Below, piece by piece: positions 16,310 to 25,583 of a DNA stretch of 28,110 nt. Position 1 is the first letter of the stretch. Every line of letters begins with the position of its first letter. The position numbers were made by a program, and so were the translations under genes. Under the pieces are notes generated by a model that was not told where the DNA came from, ran no database searches, and saw only the letters and a list, made by a program, of their open reading frames with translations. Origin of the DNA: Dehalococcoidia bacterium (GTDB taxonomy: Bacteria > Chloroflexota > Dehalococcoidia > UBA2979); NCBI GenBank assembly GCA_964291495.2, contig OZ219869.1:1-28110 (forward strand). Reading direction: 5' to 3'.

Positions 16310-16353
16310 GCGGTCCGCCCTCGGCGAGAGCCGACCGCCGTCGGACAAGGATA
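16310..16353 (-). promoter_or_regulatory. hflX putative -10 (TATCCT, 16348-16353) followed by a 5'UTR hairpin (16310-16338)
   Basis: gcggtc-g-gctctc-gcc-gagggc-g-gaccgc stem located between the -10 and the Shine-Dalgarno. Confidence 0.5.
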
Positions 16354-16397
16354 CGGGCTGAGCGGGCTGTCGTGTCCGTTGCGGCTGCGCGGGAGCC

Positions 16398-17606
16398 CTA
16401 GCGGCCGCTGGTCATCTGGAAGCGGATGCTCGCCTCGGGGGCCTTGAACTGGCGGCTGAGCTTCACCCCCTGCCGCTGGAAGTGCGAGCCCAACTCGCTG
16501 CTGCCGTAGAGCACGCCGGGCGGCTCGGCCATCCGCTCGAAGGCGAGCCGCGCGATCGGCTGCCCGTCCTCAAGCATGAACGGCACATCGTGCGCGCGCA
16601 CCTCGAGGACGGCCTGAGTGCCTCGCAGGTCCGCGCCGTAGCCGAAGCCGGGGTCGCAGAAGCCTGCGTAGTGGGTGCGCAGCTCGCCGTTCGTTGGGTC
16701 GTAGGCGACCATCTCCGCCGCCACGTCCGGCGGGATGCTGACGAACTCCTTGGTGATCAGCAGGTGGAAGTCGCCCGGCTGGATCACCAGCCGCCCGCCC
16801 GGCTCGGCGAAGACGGGCTCCCAGTAGTCGAACGGGTCGTAGGCGTCGGTCTTCGCGAGGTCGAGCAGCGCGCTGTTGCGCTTCGCCCGCCAGCCGCAGA
16901 ACTGCCCGCCCGGCAGGTCGACGCTGACGAGTAACCCGCGCTGGCCGATCCTCGGCGCCTCGACGCGCTCGCGGGGCGCGCTGCCCGACCGCCCGCGCTC
17001 GAAGACGAGGCCCTCGCGCTCGTGCAGCTCGCGGACCGCGGCGGCGTCCAGCCATGAGTCGCCCGAGGAGATCCGCAGCTGGGTGAGCGCCAGACCCCGA
17101 CGCGCGTTCACGGTGAAGGTGTTGGAGTAGACCTCGAGCCAGAGCGGGCCCTCGTAGCCCGGCTCGACCTCGTCGAACTGCGTTCCGAAGTCGCTGATCA
17201 CGCGCGTGAAGACGTCGAGCCGCCCGGTCGAGCTGCGCGGGTTGGTGCGCCCGGCGGCGCCCTCCGGCAGCCGCACGCTCTCCATCAGCTTGACGAGGTA
17301 GGGCCGGCCCGGCTCGAAGACGACACCCTCCGGATCCGCGAGGTCGAGCGGCGCGCCCATCTGCAGCTCGGGCAGCCGATCGCGAACGCGCGCCGTCGGG
17401 CCCGGCAGGAAGCTGCTGCGCAGCCGGTACGCCCTCGCGCCGAGCCGCAGGTCGATGCTCGCCGGCTGGATCTGCGAGGCCGGGATCCGCTTCGGCGAGA
17501 TGCGCCCGGCCGTGATCGCCTCGCGCAGCATCCGCGAGGAGTAGACACCCGGCCCCGGCGCCGCCTGTTCGGCGCTCGCGGTCCTCGGGACGGCGGTCGT
17601 GGTCAT
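16398..17606 (-). CDS. dcd: dCTP deaminase, long two-domain type
   Basis: QIQPASIDLRLG, NPRSSTGRLDVFTR, GELRTHYAGFCDPGFG and VLEVRAHDVPF. Confidence 0.92.
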   Translation of the reverse strand: MTTTAVPRTASAEQAAPGPGVYSSRMLREAITAGRISPKRIPASQIQPASIDLRLGARAYRLRSSFLPGPTARVRDRLPELQMGAPLDLADPEGVVFEPGRPYLVKLMESVRLPEGAAGRTNPRSSTGRLDVFTRVISDFGTQFDEVEPGYEGPLWLEVYSNTFTVNARRGLALTQLRISSGDSWLDAAAVRELHEREGLVFERGRSGSAPRERVEAPRIGQRGLLVSVDLPGGQFCGWRAKRNSALLDLAKTDAYDPFDYWEPVFAEPGGRLVIQPGDFHLLITKEFVSIPPDVAAEMVAYDPTNGELRTHYAGFCDPGFGYGADLRGTQAVLEVRAHDVPFMLEDGQPIARLAFERMAEPPGVLYGSSELGSHFQRQGVKLSRQFKAPEASIRFQMTSGR

Positions 17607-17670
17607 CGCTACGGTTCCGGGGGAGCGCCGCGATGATAGCGCGTGTTGCGGTGCCGCGCTGCCGCCGACG

Positions 17671-17907
17671 TTAGTCCTTGCGGCTGGGCGCGTGCGCCAT
17701 CTTCATGTAGACGCCGCCCCGCTCCAGCTCGTCGAGCATCTGTGCGAGGCGTCGCTCGCGCGTCTCCTCGCGCTTCGCGCGCGCGATCCACGCGAGGTAG
17801 TCGTTGCGCTGATAGAACGGGCGCGCCTCGTAGTCCTCGCGCACGCGGCGCGCCTCGAGGGCGTCGAGGACCGCCTTCGGCATTGGCTGCGCCGGGCGGC
17901 GCGCCAT
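17671..17907 (-). CDS. YdeI/OmpD-associated family protein
   Basis: RPFYQRNDYLAWIARAKREETRERRLAQMLDEL...YMKM. Confidence 0.85.
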   Translation of the reverse strand: MARRPAQPMPKAVLDALEARRVREDYEARPFYQRNDYLAWIARAKREETRERRLAQMLDELERGGVYMKMAHAPSRKD

Positions 17908-17917
17908 CGCCGCCGCC

Positions 17918-19087
17918 CTACTGGCCGCGGGCGAAGGCGCTCAGCCGCGACAGCGCCTCCTCGAGGCGCTCGTCGGCGATCGTGATCGAGATGCGGATGT
18001 AGCCCTCGCCGCCGTCGCCATAGCCCGTCCCGGGCGTCACCACCACGCCGGTCGCCTCGACCAGCTGCTGCGCGTACGCCGCCGAGGAGCGCTCCCCCTC
18101 CGGCAGCCGCGCCCAGACGTAGAGCGAGGCGTTCGGCGGGTCGACGTGCAGGCCGAGCTCGCGCAGCACCTCGACGACCCGGTCGCGGCGGCGCTGGTAG
18201 ATCTCGTTATGTCGCTCAATCGAGTCGCGCGGGTCGTCGAGCGCCGTGATCGCCATCTGCTGCACCGCCTGCGGCACGCCGCTGTCGAGGTTCGACTTGA
18301 CGCGCCGCAGCACGCCGACGAGGTCGGCGTTGCCGACCGCCATCCCGATCCGCCAGCCGGTCATGTTGAAGGTCTTGGAGAGTGAGTTGAACTCGATCGC
18401 CACGTCGCGCGCGCCCTCCACCTCGAGGATCGAGGGCGCCCGGTAGCCGTCGTAGCAGACGTCCGAGTAGGCGAGGTCGTGCGCGATCACCACGTCGTGG
18501 TCGCGCGCCCAGGCGATCGCGCGGGCGAAGAAGGCCTCGTCCGCGATCGCGCCCGTCGGGTTGTTCGGGTAGTTGAGCCAGAGCAGGCGGGCGCGCTCCG
18601 CCTCGGCGCCCGGCACGTCCTCGAGGCGCGGCAGCCAGCCGTCCTCCTCGCGCAGCTGCAGCGAGAGCGTCTCGCCGCCGGCGAACATCGTCGCGATGTC
18701 GTAGACGGGGTAGCCGGGCTGCGTGCCGATCGCGAGGTCGCCGGGGTCGATCAGGCAGAGGGGGAGGTGGCCGAGCCCCTCCTTCGAGCCGATCAGCGAG
18801 ACGACCTCGGTCTCCGGGTCGAGCGCCACGCCGTGGCGCGTGTCGTACCAGCGCGCGACGGCCTCGCGGAACTCGGGCAGGCCCTCGGTCTCCGGGTAGC
18901 GGTGGTTGGCCGGGTCGCCGGCGGCCTCGCGCAGCGCGTCGAGGATGTGGTCGGGCGTCGGCAGGTCGGGGTCGCCGATGCCAAGCGAGATGACGTCGAC
19001 GCCGGCGGCCTGCTGCTCCGCGATCAGCTCGGAGATGCGAGCAAAAAGGTAGGGCGGGAGCTGTTCGACGCGGCGCGCGAGTCTCAT
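17918..19087 (-). CDS. dapL: LL-diaminopimelate aminotransferase (PLP-dependent, class I/II)
   Basis: LPPYLFA, GIGDPD, LIGSKEG, NYPNNPTG, DLAYS and EFNSLSKTFNMTGWRIG; close to dapF. Confidence 0.9.
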   Translation of the reverse strand: MRLARRVEQLPPYLFARISELIAEQQAAGVDVISLGIGDPDLPTPDHILDALREAAGDPANHRYPETEGLPEFREAVARWYDTRHGVALDPETEVVSLIGSKEGLGHLPLCLIDPGDLAIGTQPGYPVYDIATMFAGGETLSLQLREEDGWLPRLEDVPGAEAERARLLWLNYPNNPTGAIADEAFFARAIAWARDHDVVIAHDLAYSDVCYDGYRAPSILEVEGARDVAIEFNSLSKTFNMTGWRIGMAVGNADLVGVLRRVKSNLDSGVPQAVQQMAITALDDPRDSIERHNEIYQRRRDRVVEVLRELGLHVDPPNASLYVWARLPEGERSSAAYAQQLVEATGVVVTPGTGYGDGGEGYIRISITIADERLEEALSRLSAFARGQ

Positions 19088-19091
19088 GCCG

Positions 19092-19979
19092 CTAGCGCCA
19101 GCCGCCGAAGCGAACCTTCATGCCGCGGACGCGCGCGTCGTCGCGCGCCTGCCGCAGCACTTCCTCGTCCGAGTCGCGCCGCAGCTCAATGCCGCGCTTG
19201 CCCACCAGGTAGCCGAGCGCCGTCGCGGTGCGGGCGGCCTGCGGGATGTCCGGCCGCACGCGTACGGCGGCCTCGCGACCGTCCGAGGCTGCCAGCTGGT
19301 AGGTGGCCGCGCCGAGGATCACCTTGCCGATACCGCCCCCCTGCGCCTCCGGCGCCACGGCGCAGGACATGACCTCGCCCCGCCCGTCCACGACCGGCGT
19401 GTTGACCGCGTAGGCGATCACCTCGCCGTCGCGCTCGAGCACGCCGGTCCAGCCGGCGTCCTCGATGCGCGCGAGGGTGGCCCCTTCACCGTCGGTCCAC
19501 TCGCCGTACGCGGCGCCCTCGATCGCGACGATCGCGGCGGCGTCGTCAGGCTGGGCGCGGCGCATCGTCAGGCCCTCGGGGATCTCGGGCGGGACAACGT
19601 CGCGCAGGCCGGGATGCACGAGCTCGAGCCACTCGCCCATCTCCTGGAAGTCGCACTCGGCGAGCAGGTTCTCGATCCAGCGCCGGTTGATGTGCTCGAC
19701 GAGGTCGATCGTCACGTAGGGATAGCCGGAGTCGGCGATACGCTCGCGCAGCGCATCGAAGCACGGGTGCCAGGCAGCGGTCAGCGCCTCCAGGTCGTCG
19801 AAGGCGTAGTGCAGGTGGAGCTGGCCGCGTTCCTGCGCGATCGCCATCTCGCCGACGTCGGTCTCCACCACCTCGGCCGCGTCGCTGTCGAGCAGCGCCT
19901 CCCACTCATCGATGGTGCGCGGCGCGTTGCGCGTCTGCAGCGCGTCGCCGAGCTGCCCGCCGGTCCGTGGTTGCGTCAT
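19092..19979 (-). CDS. GNAT family N-acetyltransferase with N-terminal extra domain
   Basis: Acetyl-CoA-binding motif AVAPEAQGGGIGK; GGAG Shine-Dalgarno. Confidence 0.85.
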   Translation of the reverse strand: MTQPRTGGQLGDALQTRNAPRTIDEWEALLDSDAAEVVETDVGEMAIAQERGQLHLHYAFDDLEALTAAWHPCFDALRERIADSGYPYVTIDLVEHINRRWIENLLAECDFQEMGEWLELVHPGLRDVVPPEIPEGLTMRRAQPDDAAAIVAIEGAAYGEWTDGEGATLARIEDAGWTGVLERDGEVIAYAVNTPVVDGRGEVMSCAVAPEAQGGGIGKVILGAATYQLAASDGREAAVRVRPDIPQAARTATALGYLVGKRGIELRRDSDEEVLRQARDDARVRGMKVRFGGWR

Positions 19980-20039
19980 GGCTCCGTCTCCCTGGCTGAG
20001 CGCGGCCTCACCGCGGCCCCATCTTTACTTGCTGTCGCG

Positions 20040-20912
20040 TTACGGTCCCGGCTCGCGCCAGACCGACTCGAACACCTTGACCGCCGGGCCCTCGAGCGTC
20101 ACCTCGCCCGCGCCGTCCCAGCCGATGCCGAGCGTGCCGCCCGGCACGCTCACGGCGACCTCGCCATCCGCGAGGTCGTGCAGGCGCGCCGCGACGACCG
20201 CGGCGCAGGCGCCGGAGCCGCAGGCGAGGGTCTCGCCCACCCCGCGCTCCCAGACGCGCATCTCGATCGCCCCGCGATCGCGCACGCGCACGATCTCGAC
20301 GTTCGTGCGGTTCGCGAACAGCGGGTGATGCTCGATCGCCGGGCCGATCCGCTCGAGGTCGAACGCCTCGACCGGCTCACTGCCGAACATCACGGCGTGC
20401 GGGTTCCCCATCGAGACGAGCGTGACGCGGTGCTCCTCGCCGGCCGCCTCGAGCGGCAGGGCGAGCACGGGTGGCGCCTGCTCGACGAGCGCGCCGATCG
20501 CCTCCGGCTCGAAGCGCGGCGCGCCCATGCTGACGCGCACGCGATCGACCGTCCCGTCCGCGCCGAGGGTCGCCTCGGCGTCGAGCACGCCGGCGAGAGT
20601 CTCGACGCGCAGCGAGCCGCGCGAGCGCAGCGCCCCGTCCTGGTCGAGCGCGAACTTGACGAGGCAGCGGATGCCGTTGCCGCACATCTCGGCCTCGGAG
20701 CCATCGGGGTTGAAGATGCGCATCCGCCGGTCCGCGACATCCGAGGGCAGGACGGCGATCAGCCCGTCCGCGCCGACCCCGAAGTGCCGGTCACAGACGC
20801 GCTCCGCGAGCGCGCCCCACGCCTCATCGGAGCGCGTTGCGCCCTCGCTGGCGTCGTGCACGACGAAGTCGTTGCCGGCGCCGTGCATCTTCCAGAACGG
20901 CAGCTCGTTCAT
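20040..20912 (-). CDS. dapF: Diaminopimelate epimerase, 290 aa
   Basis: FWKMHGAGNDF, DRHFGVGADG, NPDGSEAEMCGNGIRC, SMGNPH and VWERGVGETLACGSG. Confidence 0.97.
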   Translation of the reverse strand: MNELPFWKMHGAGNDFVVHDASEGATRSDEAWGALAERVCDRHFGVGADGLIAVLPSDVADRRMRIFNPDGSEAEMCGNGIRCLVKFALDQDGALRSRGSLRVETLAGVLDAEATLGADGTVDRVRVSMGAPRFEPEAIGALVEQAPPVLALPLEAAGEEHRVTLVSMGNPHAVMFGSEPVEAFDLERIGPAIEHHPLFANRTNVEIVRVRDRGAIEMRVWERGVGETLACGSGACAAVVAARLHDLADGEVAVSVPGGTLGIGWDGAGEVTLEGPAVKVFESVWREPGP

Positions 20913-21009
20913 CCAATCATCGTACGGTCGCCCGCGCGGCGCGCTCAACAGGGAGGTGGGAGCACTTCGCCGCCTGTCCCCGACCGACGCCGGTGCTACG
21001 CTCGCCGCG
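20913..21009. promoter_or_regulatory. Divergent promoter region with two leaderless-type -10 boxes
   Basis: TACGAT (20919-20924, minus strand) 6 nt before the dapF ATG; TGcTACGCT (-10 at 20997-21002, plus strand) 7 nt before ATG 21010; no Shine-Dalgarno for either gene. Confidence 0.65.
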
Positions 21010-22176
21010 ATGTATCCGAGGAACGAACGGCAAGCCGCGCTGCTCGCGCTCGCACAGTCGCTCGCGCCCGCGTTCGCGGAGCGCGCGGCCAAGCATGACC
21101 GTGACGGCTCGTTCCCGTTCGAGAACTTCGAGGAGCTGCGCCGCAGCGGGTACACGGCGGCGTCGGTGCCCGAGGAGTACGGCGGCGGGGGCTACGGGCT
21201 CGACGACGTCGCGCTCGCCCACCTCGCGCTCGCGAAGGGCGACGGCTCGACGGCGATCGGGCTGGCGATGCACCTCATGCTCTGCGGCGGCGAGGGGCAG
21301 GCCCGCGCCTGGCCCGAGGCCGCACGCGCGCGCATCTTCGATGCGGTCGTGCGCGACGGCGCGCTGATCAACAACGCCGCCGCCGAGCCCGAGCTCGGCT
21401 CGCCGCAGGGCGGCGGGCGGCCTCGCTCGACCGTCACGCCCGAGGGGCCGGGCCGCTGGCGGCTGAGCGGGCACAAGACCTTCACCACGCTCGCACCCGT
21501 GCTGACATGGTTCGTGACCTACGTCGCCGTCGAGGACGGCTCGGGCGACACGGCCCGCCTCGCCGTGCACCGCGACCTGCCCGGCGTACGCGTCGAGGAG
21601 ACGTGGGACGCCCTCGGCATGCGCGCCAGCGGCTCCCACGACGTGCGCTTCGACGGCGTCGTGGTGAGCGACGATGACTTCCTCTCGCGCACCGGTGGCG
21701 GTGCGCGCCGCGAGGCGGGCGCGAATGCCTGGTTCCCGATCCTCGTGGGCGCGACGAGCCTCGGCGTCGCCGAGGCCGCGCGCGACTACGCCGTGCGCTT
21801 CGCGCGCGAGCGCCAACCGCTCGGCGAGGCCGCGCCGATCGCGGCCATCCCGAACGTCCGCGAGCAGATCGGCCGCATCGACGCGACGGTGATGGCCGCA
21901 CGCGCCCTGCTGCTGCAGACCGCCGAGGACTGGGAGCAGCACCCCGACGAGCGCGCCCGCATGGGCCCGGCCATCGCAGCCGCGAAGCGCCTCGCGACCA
22001 ACAGCGCCGTCGAGGTCGCCGAGTCCGCGATGCGCATCGTCGGCGGCGTCGCCCTGCACCGCTCCGAGCCCCTTGAGCGCTACTTCCGCGACGTCCGCAG
22101 CGGCCTCGTCAACCCCCCGATCGAGGCGCGCGCCCTCGAAACAATCGCCCGCGCCGCGCTCGACGGTCCGGAGTAG
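21010..22176 (+). CDS. Acyl-CoA dehydrogenase-fold flavoprotein (YdbM/DszC/SfnB-like branch, possibly a monooxygenase), 388 aa
   Basis: RAAKHDRDGSFPFENF, GDGSTAIGLAMH, LSGHKTFTT, WDALGMRASGSHDV and LERYFRDVRSG. Confidence 0.9.
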   Translation: MYPRNERQAALLALAQSLAPAFAERAAKHDRDGSFPFENFEELRRSGYTAASVPEEYGGGGYGLDDVALAHLALAKGDGSTAIGLAMHLMLCGGEGQARAWPEAARARIFDAVVRDGALINNAAAEPELGSPQGGGRPRSTVTPEGPGRWRLSGHKTFTTLAPVLTWFVTYVAVEDGSGDTARLAVHRDLPGVRVEETWDALGMRASGSHDVRFDGVVVSDDDFLSRTGGGARREAGANAWFPILVGATSLGVAEAARDYAVRFARERQPLGEAAPIAAIPNVREQIGRIDATVMAARALLLQTAEDWEQHPDERARMGPAIAAAKRLATNSAVEVAESAMRIVGGVALHRSEPLERYFRDVRSGLVNPPIEARALETIARAALDGPE

Positions 22177-22188
22177 CGCCGCTACGCG

Positions 22189-23109
22189 CTACGCGCGTAG
22201 CTCCTCGAACGCCGCCTCCACGGCGGACACGACGCCCTCGAGGTCGGCGCCGTCGAGCCAGTTGATGCGGGGGTCGGCGGGGCGGAACCAGGCGGCCTGG
22301 CGGCGGATCAGGCGGCGGGTGGCGGCCTGCGTGCGCTCGATCGCCTCGGCCTCGTCCCACTCGCCGCGCAGGACGCCGAGCGCCTCCGCGTAGCCGATCG
22401 AGCTGAGCGCCTCGAAGTCCTCGCCGCAGCGGCCGACGAGCGCGCGCGTCTCCTCGACGAGGCCCGCCTCGTACATGCGCGCTGCGCGCTCGTCGGCGCG
22501 GCGGAAGAGCGCGCTGCGCGACCACTCGAGGCCGATGACGGTCCACGGCCAGCGCGGCGGCACGCGGGCGAGCGGCGCGATCGGCTCGCCGGTCGCCTCG
22601 ATGATCTCGAGCGCGCGGATCAGGCGGCGGCGGTTGCGTGGGTCGATGCGCTCCGCCGAGGGCGGATCGAGCGCGGCGAGGCGTGCGTGCAGCGCCTCGC
22701 CGCCGTGCTCCCGCGCCTCGGCCTCGAGGCGTGCGCGCAGCGCCGGGTCCGGGGGCACGGCGGGCGGTTGCACGCCCTCGAGCAGCGCCCAGACGTACTG
22801 CCCCGCGCCGCCCGCGATCAGCGGCAGCCGTCCGCGCGCGTGGATGTCCTCGATCGCCCCGTGCGCGCCCTCGAGGAAGTCGGCGAGCGTCCACGGTGCG
22901 TCCGGCTCCGCGACGCCGACGAGGTGGTGCGGGACGGCGGCCAGCTCCTCGTCGCTGGGTGCGGCAGTACCGATGCTCATGCCGCGCCGGATCTGGCGCG
23001 AGTCGGCGGAGACGATCTCGATCGGCAGGCGCTCGGCGATGGCGACGGCGGCGGCCGTCTTGCCCGAGGCGGTCGGACCGACCAGCGCGACGACACCGGG
23101 CGTGCTCAG
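22189..23109 (-). CDS. miaA: tRNA dimethylallyltransferase; start proposed at CTG 23109
   Basis: VGPTASGKT, EIVSADSRQI, VPHHL, GGAGQY, RRLIRALE, IGYAE and RRQAAWF. Confidence 0.95.
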   Translation of the reverse strand: MSTPGVVALVGPTASGKTAAAVAIAERLPIEIVSADSRQIRRGMSIGTAAPSDEELAAVPHHLVGVAEPDAPWTLADFLEGAHGAIEDIHARGRLPLIAGGAGQYVWALLEGVQPPAVPPDPALRARLEAEAREHGGEALHARLAALDPPSAERIDPRNRRRLIRALEIIEATGEPIAPLARVPPRWPWTVIGLEWSRSALFRRADERAARMYEAGLVEETRALVGRCGEDFEALSSIGYAEALGVLRGEWDEAEAIERTQAATRRLIRRQAAWFRPADPRINWLDGADLEGVVSAVEAAFEELRA

Positions 23110-23113
23110 CGGG

Positions 23114-23881
23114 CTACTCCGCGACGGCGGCGACGGCGCGGCAGATCGTGGCGAACGCCTCGGCGTCGAGCGAGGCGCCGCCGACGAGCGCGCCGTCGAT
23201 GTCCGGCTGGCTCGCGAGGTCGGCAACGTTGTCGGCGTTGACCGAGCCGCCGTACTGGATGCGGCAGGCCTCGGCGCTCACGGCGCCGAAGCGGTCGGCG
23301 ACCATGCGGCGAATCTCCGCGACGGTGGCCTGCGCGATCTCCGGCGTCGCCGTCAGGCCGGTGCCGATCGCCCAGACCGGCTCGTAGGCGATCGTGAAGC
23401 CCTCGGGCAGCCGGTCGACATCGGCGAACGCGGCGTCGAGCTGGCGGCGCAGCACCTCGGCGGTGCGACCGCCCTCGCGCTCCTCGCGCTGCTCGCCGAC
23501 GGCGAGGATCGGCTGCAGCGCCAGGCCGAGGACGGCGTCGAGCTTGCGGCCGCTGTCCTCGTCGCTCTCGCCGAAGACGTGGCGGCGCTCGGAGTGGCCG
23601 ACGAGCACGTAGTCGGCGGTGCCGACGAGCATCGCCGCGCCGACCTCGCCGGTGTAGGCGCCGTGGGGGAGCCAGTAGGCGTTCTGCGCGCCCACCCGCA
23701 GCGTGCTGCCCTCGAGCGCGTCGGCGGCGTCGCCGAGCCAGGCCGTGGGCGGGAAGATCACGACCTCGACGCCCTCGAGGCCGTCGAGTTGCCCGCGCAG
23801 CTGGCGCAGCAGGTCGCGCGCGCCGCCGCGGTCGAGGTGCATCTTCCAGTTGCCGCCGACGATCGGCGTTCGCGTGGCCAC
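23114..23881 (-). CDS. tpiA: Triosephosphate isomerase, 255 aa
   Basis: GNWKM, GAYTGE, VGHSERR, AYEPVWAIGTG, YGGSV and DGALVGGASL; GAGGAG Shine-Dalgarno before GTG 23881. Confidence 0.98.
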   Translation of the reverse strand: MATRTPIVGGNWKMHLDRGGARDLLRQLRGQLDGLEGVEVVIFPPTAWLGDAADALEGSTLRVGAQNAYWLPHGAYTGEVGAAMLVGTADYVLVGHSERRHVFGESDEDSGRKLDAVLGLALQPILAVGEQREEREGGRTAEVLRRQLDAAFADVDRLPEGFTIAYEPVWAIGTGLTATPEIAQATVAEIRRMVADRFGAVSAEACRIQYGGSVNADNVADLASQPDIDGALVGGASLDAEAFATICRAVAAVAE

Positions 23882-23892
23882 GGCCGCTCCTC

Positions 23893-25104
23893 TCAGGCGC
23901 CGAACTTGGCGAGGCGCATGGCGTGGGCGAAGGCGACCGGGAGTAGCTCCTTCGCCGGCATCGTGCCGAGGCCGCCGACCGCGCACTCGCCCTCGTCGAA
24001 GTGGTGCGAGCCGTCGGTGCGCACGTGGTCGCCCCAGATCAGCAGCGGGACCGGGTGCCAGGAGTGCGCCGCCATCGTCGCCGGCGTCGAGTGGTCCCCG
24101 GCGACGATCAGCACGTTGGGGTTGAGCGCCAGCAGCTCCGGCACGCAGGCATCGAAGTCGCGCAGCGCCTGCCGCTTGCGCGCGAAGTCGCCGTCCTCGC
24201 CGGCGGCGTCGGTCGGCTTGTAGTGGAGGAAGAAGAAGTCGTAGTCCTCCCACGCCTCGTGCAGCCTCGCGATCGCCGTCTCGAAGGACTCGCCCGCATC
24301 GAGCACGTCCATGCCGACGAGGCGCGCGAGCCCTCGATACATCGGGTAGACGGCGATGGCGGCGGCGCGCAGCTTCCACAGCTCCGGCAGCTGCGGCAGA
24401 TCGGGCAGCGTCGACCAGCCGCGCAGCAGCACGGCATTCGCCGTCTCGCGGTCCGCGAGGCGCGCCCGCGCCTCCCGCGCGAACTGGTTGACGAGCTCGG
24501 CGGTGTGCTCGCCCTTGGGAGCCACGGCGACGGCGTCGAGCGGTGGGACGCCCTCGGCCTGCGGGTCGGTCTCGCTGAGCTGGTCGCTCAGCGGCGGGTT
24601 GCCCTCGGTGGCGCGCAGCACGAGGACGAAGCGGTGCTCGCGGACGGCGTGGACGGCGACCTCGCAGCCGGGCAACTCGATGGTCGACAGCTCCCCCGCG
24701 ATCTCCGTCGTCACCTCGGTGGCGACACGACCGGCGCGGCGGTCGCTGATGCGGCCGTCGGCATCGACGGTGCAGAGGTTGCCGCGGGCGGCGAGATCCG
24801 AGGGCTGCAGCGCGATGTCGATGCCCGTGCCCTCGAGGACGCCGCGGCCGACCTCGTAGACGAGCGGGTCGTAGCCAAAGAGCGCGAGGTGGCCGGGCCC
24901 GGAGCCGGGCGTGATGCCGTAGCCGACCGGGAGCGTCTGGCCGAGCGCGCCCTCGGTCGCCAGGCGATCGAGGTGGCGGCAGTCGGCGGACTCGAGCTCG
25001 CTGCGCCCGAGCGGCCCGGGCAGCCCGCCGAGGCCGTCGAGGACGCAAAGCAGCACCTTGCTCTCACCCGGTATCGACAGCCGCCGGATCAGATCGGGGT
25101 CCAT
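23893..25104 (-). CDS. apgM: 2,3-bisphosphoglycerate-independent phosphoglycerate mutase, archaeal type
   Basis: LDGLGG, PGSGPGHLALFGYDP, GRGVLEG, DRRAGR, FLHYKPTDAAGED and GDHSTP...HSWHPVP. Confidence 0.93.
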   Translation of the reverse strand: MDPDLIRRLSIPGESKVLLCVLDGLGGLPGPLGRSELESADCRHLDRLATEGALGQTLPVGYGITPGSGPGHLALFGYDPLVYEVGRGVLEGTGIDIALQPSDLAARGNLCTVDADGRISDRRAGRVATEVTTEIAGELSTIELPGCEVAVHAVREHRFVLVLRATEGNPPLSDQLSETDPQAEGVPPLDAVAVAPKGEHTAELVNQFAREARARLADRETANAVLLRGWSTLPDLPQLPELWKLRAAAIAVYPMYRGLARLVGMDVLDAGESFETAIARLHEAWEDYDFFFLHYKPTDAAGEDGDFARKRQALRDFDACVPELLALNPNVLIVAGDHSTPATMAAHSWHPVPLLIWGDHVRTDGSHHFDEGECAVGGLGTMPAKELLPVAFAHAMRLAKFGA

Positions 25105-25172
25105 GGCTACATGCTATCGGGCGGGCCGCTATCGCGCGCGTTGCGCCCTCGAGGCCTGCGGATGTCCGCGGG

Positions 25173-25583
25173 CTACTCGAGCCAGTTCTCGACGCTGAGG
25201 CCGGGGACGCGCTCGAAGTGGCGGACGTTGCCGGTGACGACGGTCAGGTCGTTCGCGAGCGCGATCGCCGCGATCTGCGTGTCCTCGTGCCCGATCGGCG
25301 TCCCGCGATCCTCGAGGTGAGCGCGCAGCCACCCGTATTCTTCCGCGGCAGCCTGATCGAAAGGCAACAGGGGAATCTCGCCGGGTACTGTTCGGCGGGT
25401 GAGTTCAAGCAACTCCTCCGACCGCGGCCCGGCCCGATGCGCACCGAACAACAACTCACCGAGCGTGACGCTTGACGTCGCGCGGTCCTCCGGAGCTGTC
25501 ATCGCGATGCGCAGGAGCAGCGCTGGGGAAGGCGAGGGCTTGGTGAGAGCGCTGATCGTGTCGGTGTCCAGCAGGTACCTCAA
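25173..25583 (-). CDS. vapC: Type II TA toxin, PIN-domain ribonuclease
   Basis: YLLDTD, TLGELLFG, HEDTQIAAIALA and VVTGNVRHFERVPGL; TTG start overlaps the antitoxin stop. Confidence 0.94.
   Translation of the reverse strand: MRYLLDTDTISALTKPSPSPALLLRIAMTAPEDRATSSVTLGELLFGAHRAGPRSEELLELTRRTVPGEIPLLPFDQAAAEEYGWLRAHLEDRGTPIGHEDTQIAAIALANDLTVVTGNVRHFERVPGLSVENWLE

Noticed and set aside
23114-25048. Apparent 644-aa fusion ending in TpiA (likewise the 623-aa and 584-aa ACAD ORFs and the extended dapF and FAD-subunit ORFs)
   Set aside because: The N-terminal extensions are off-frame reads through neighbouring genes; internal starts have SD, overlap or -10 support
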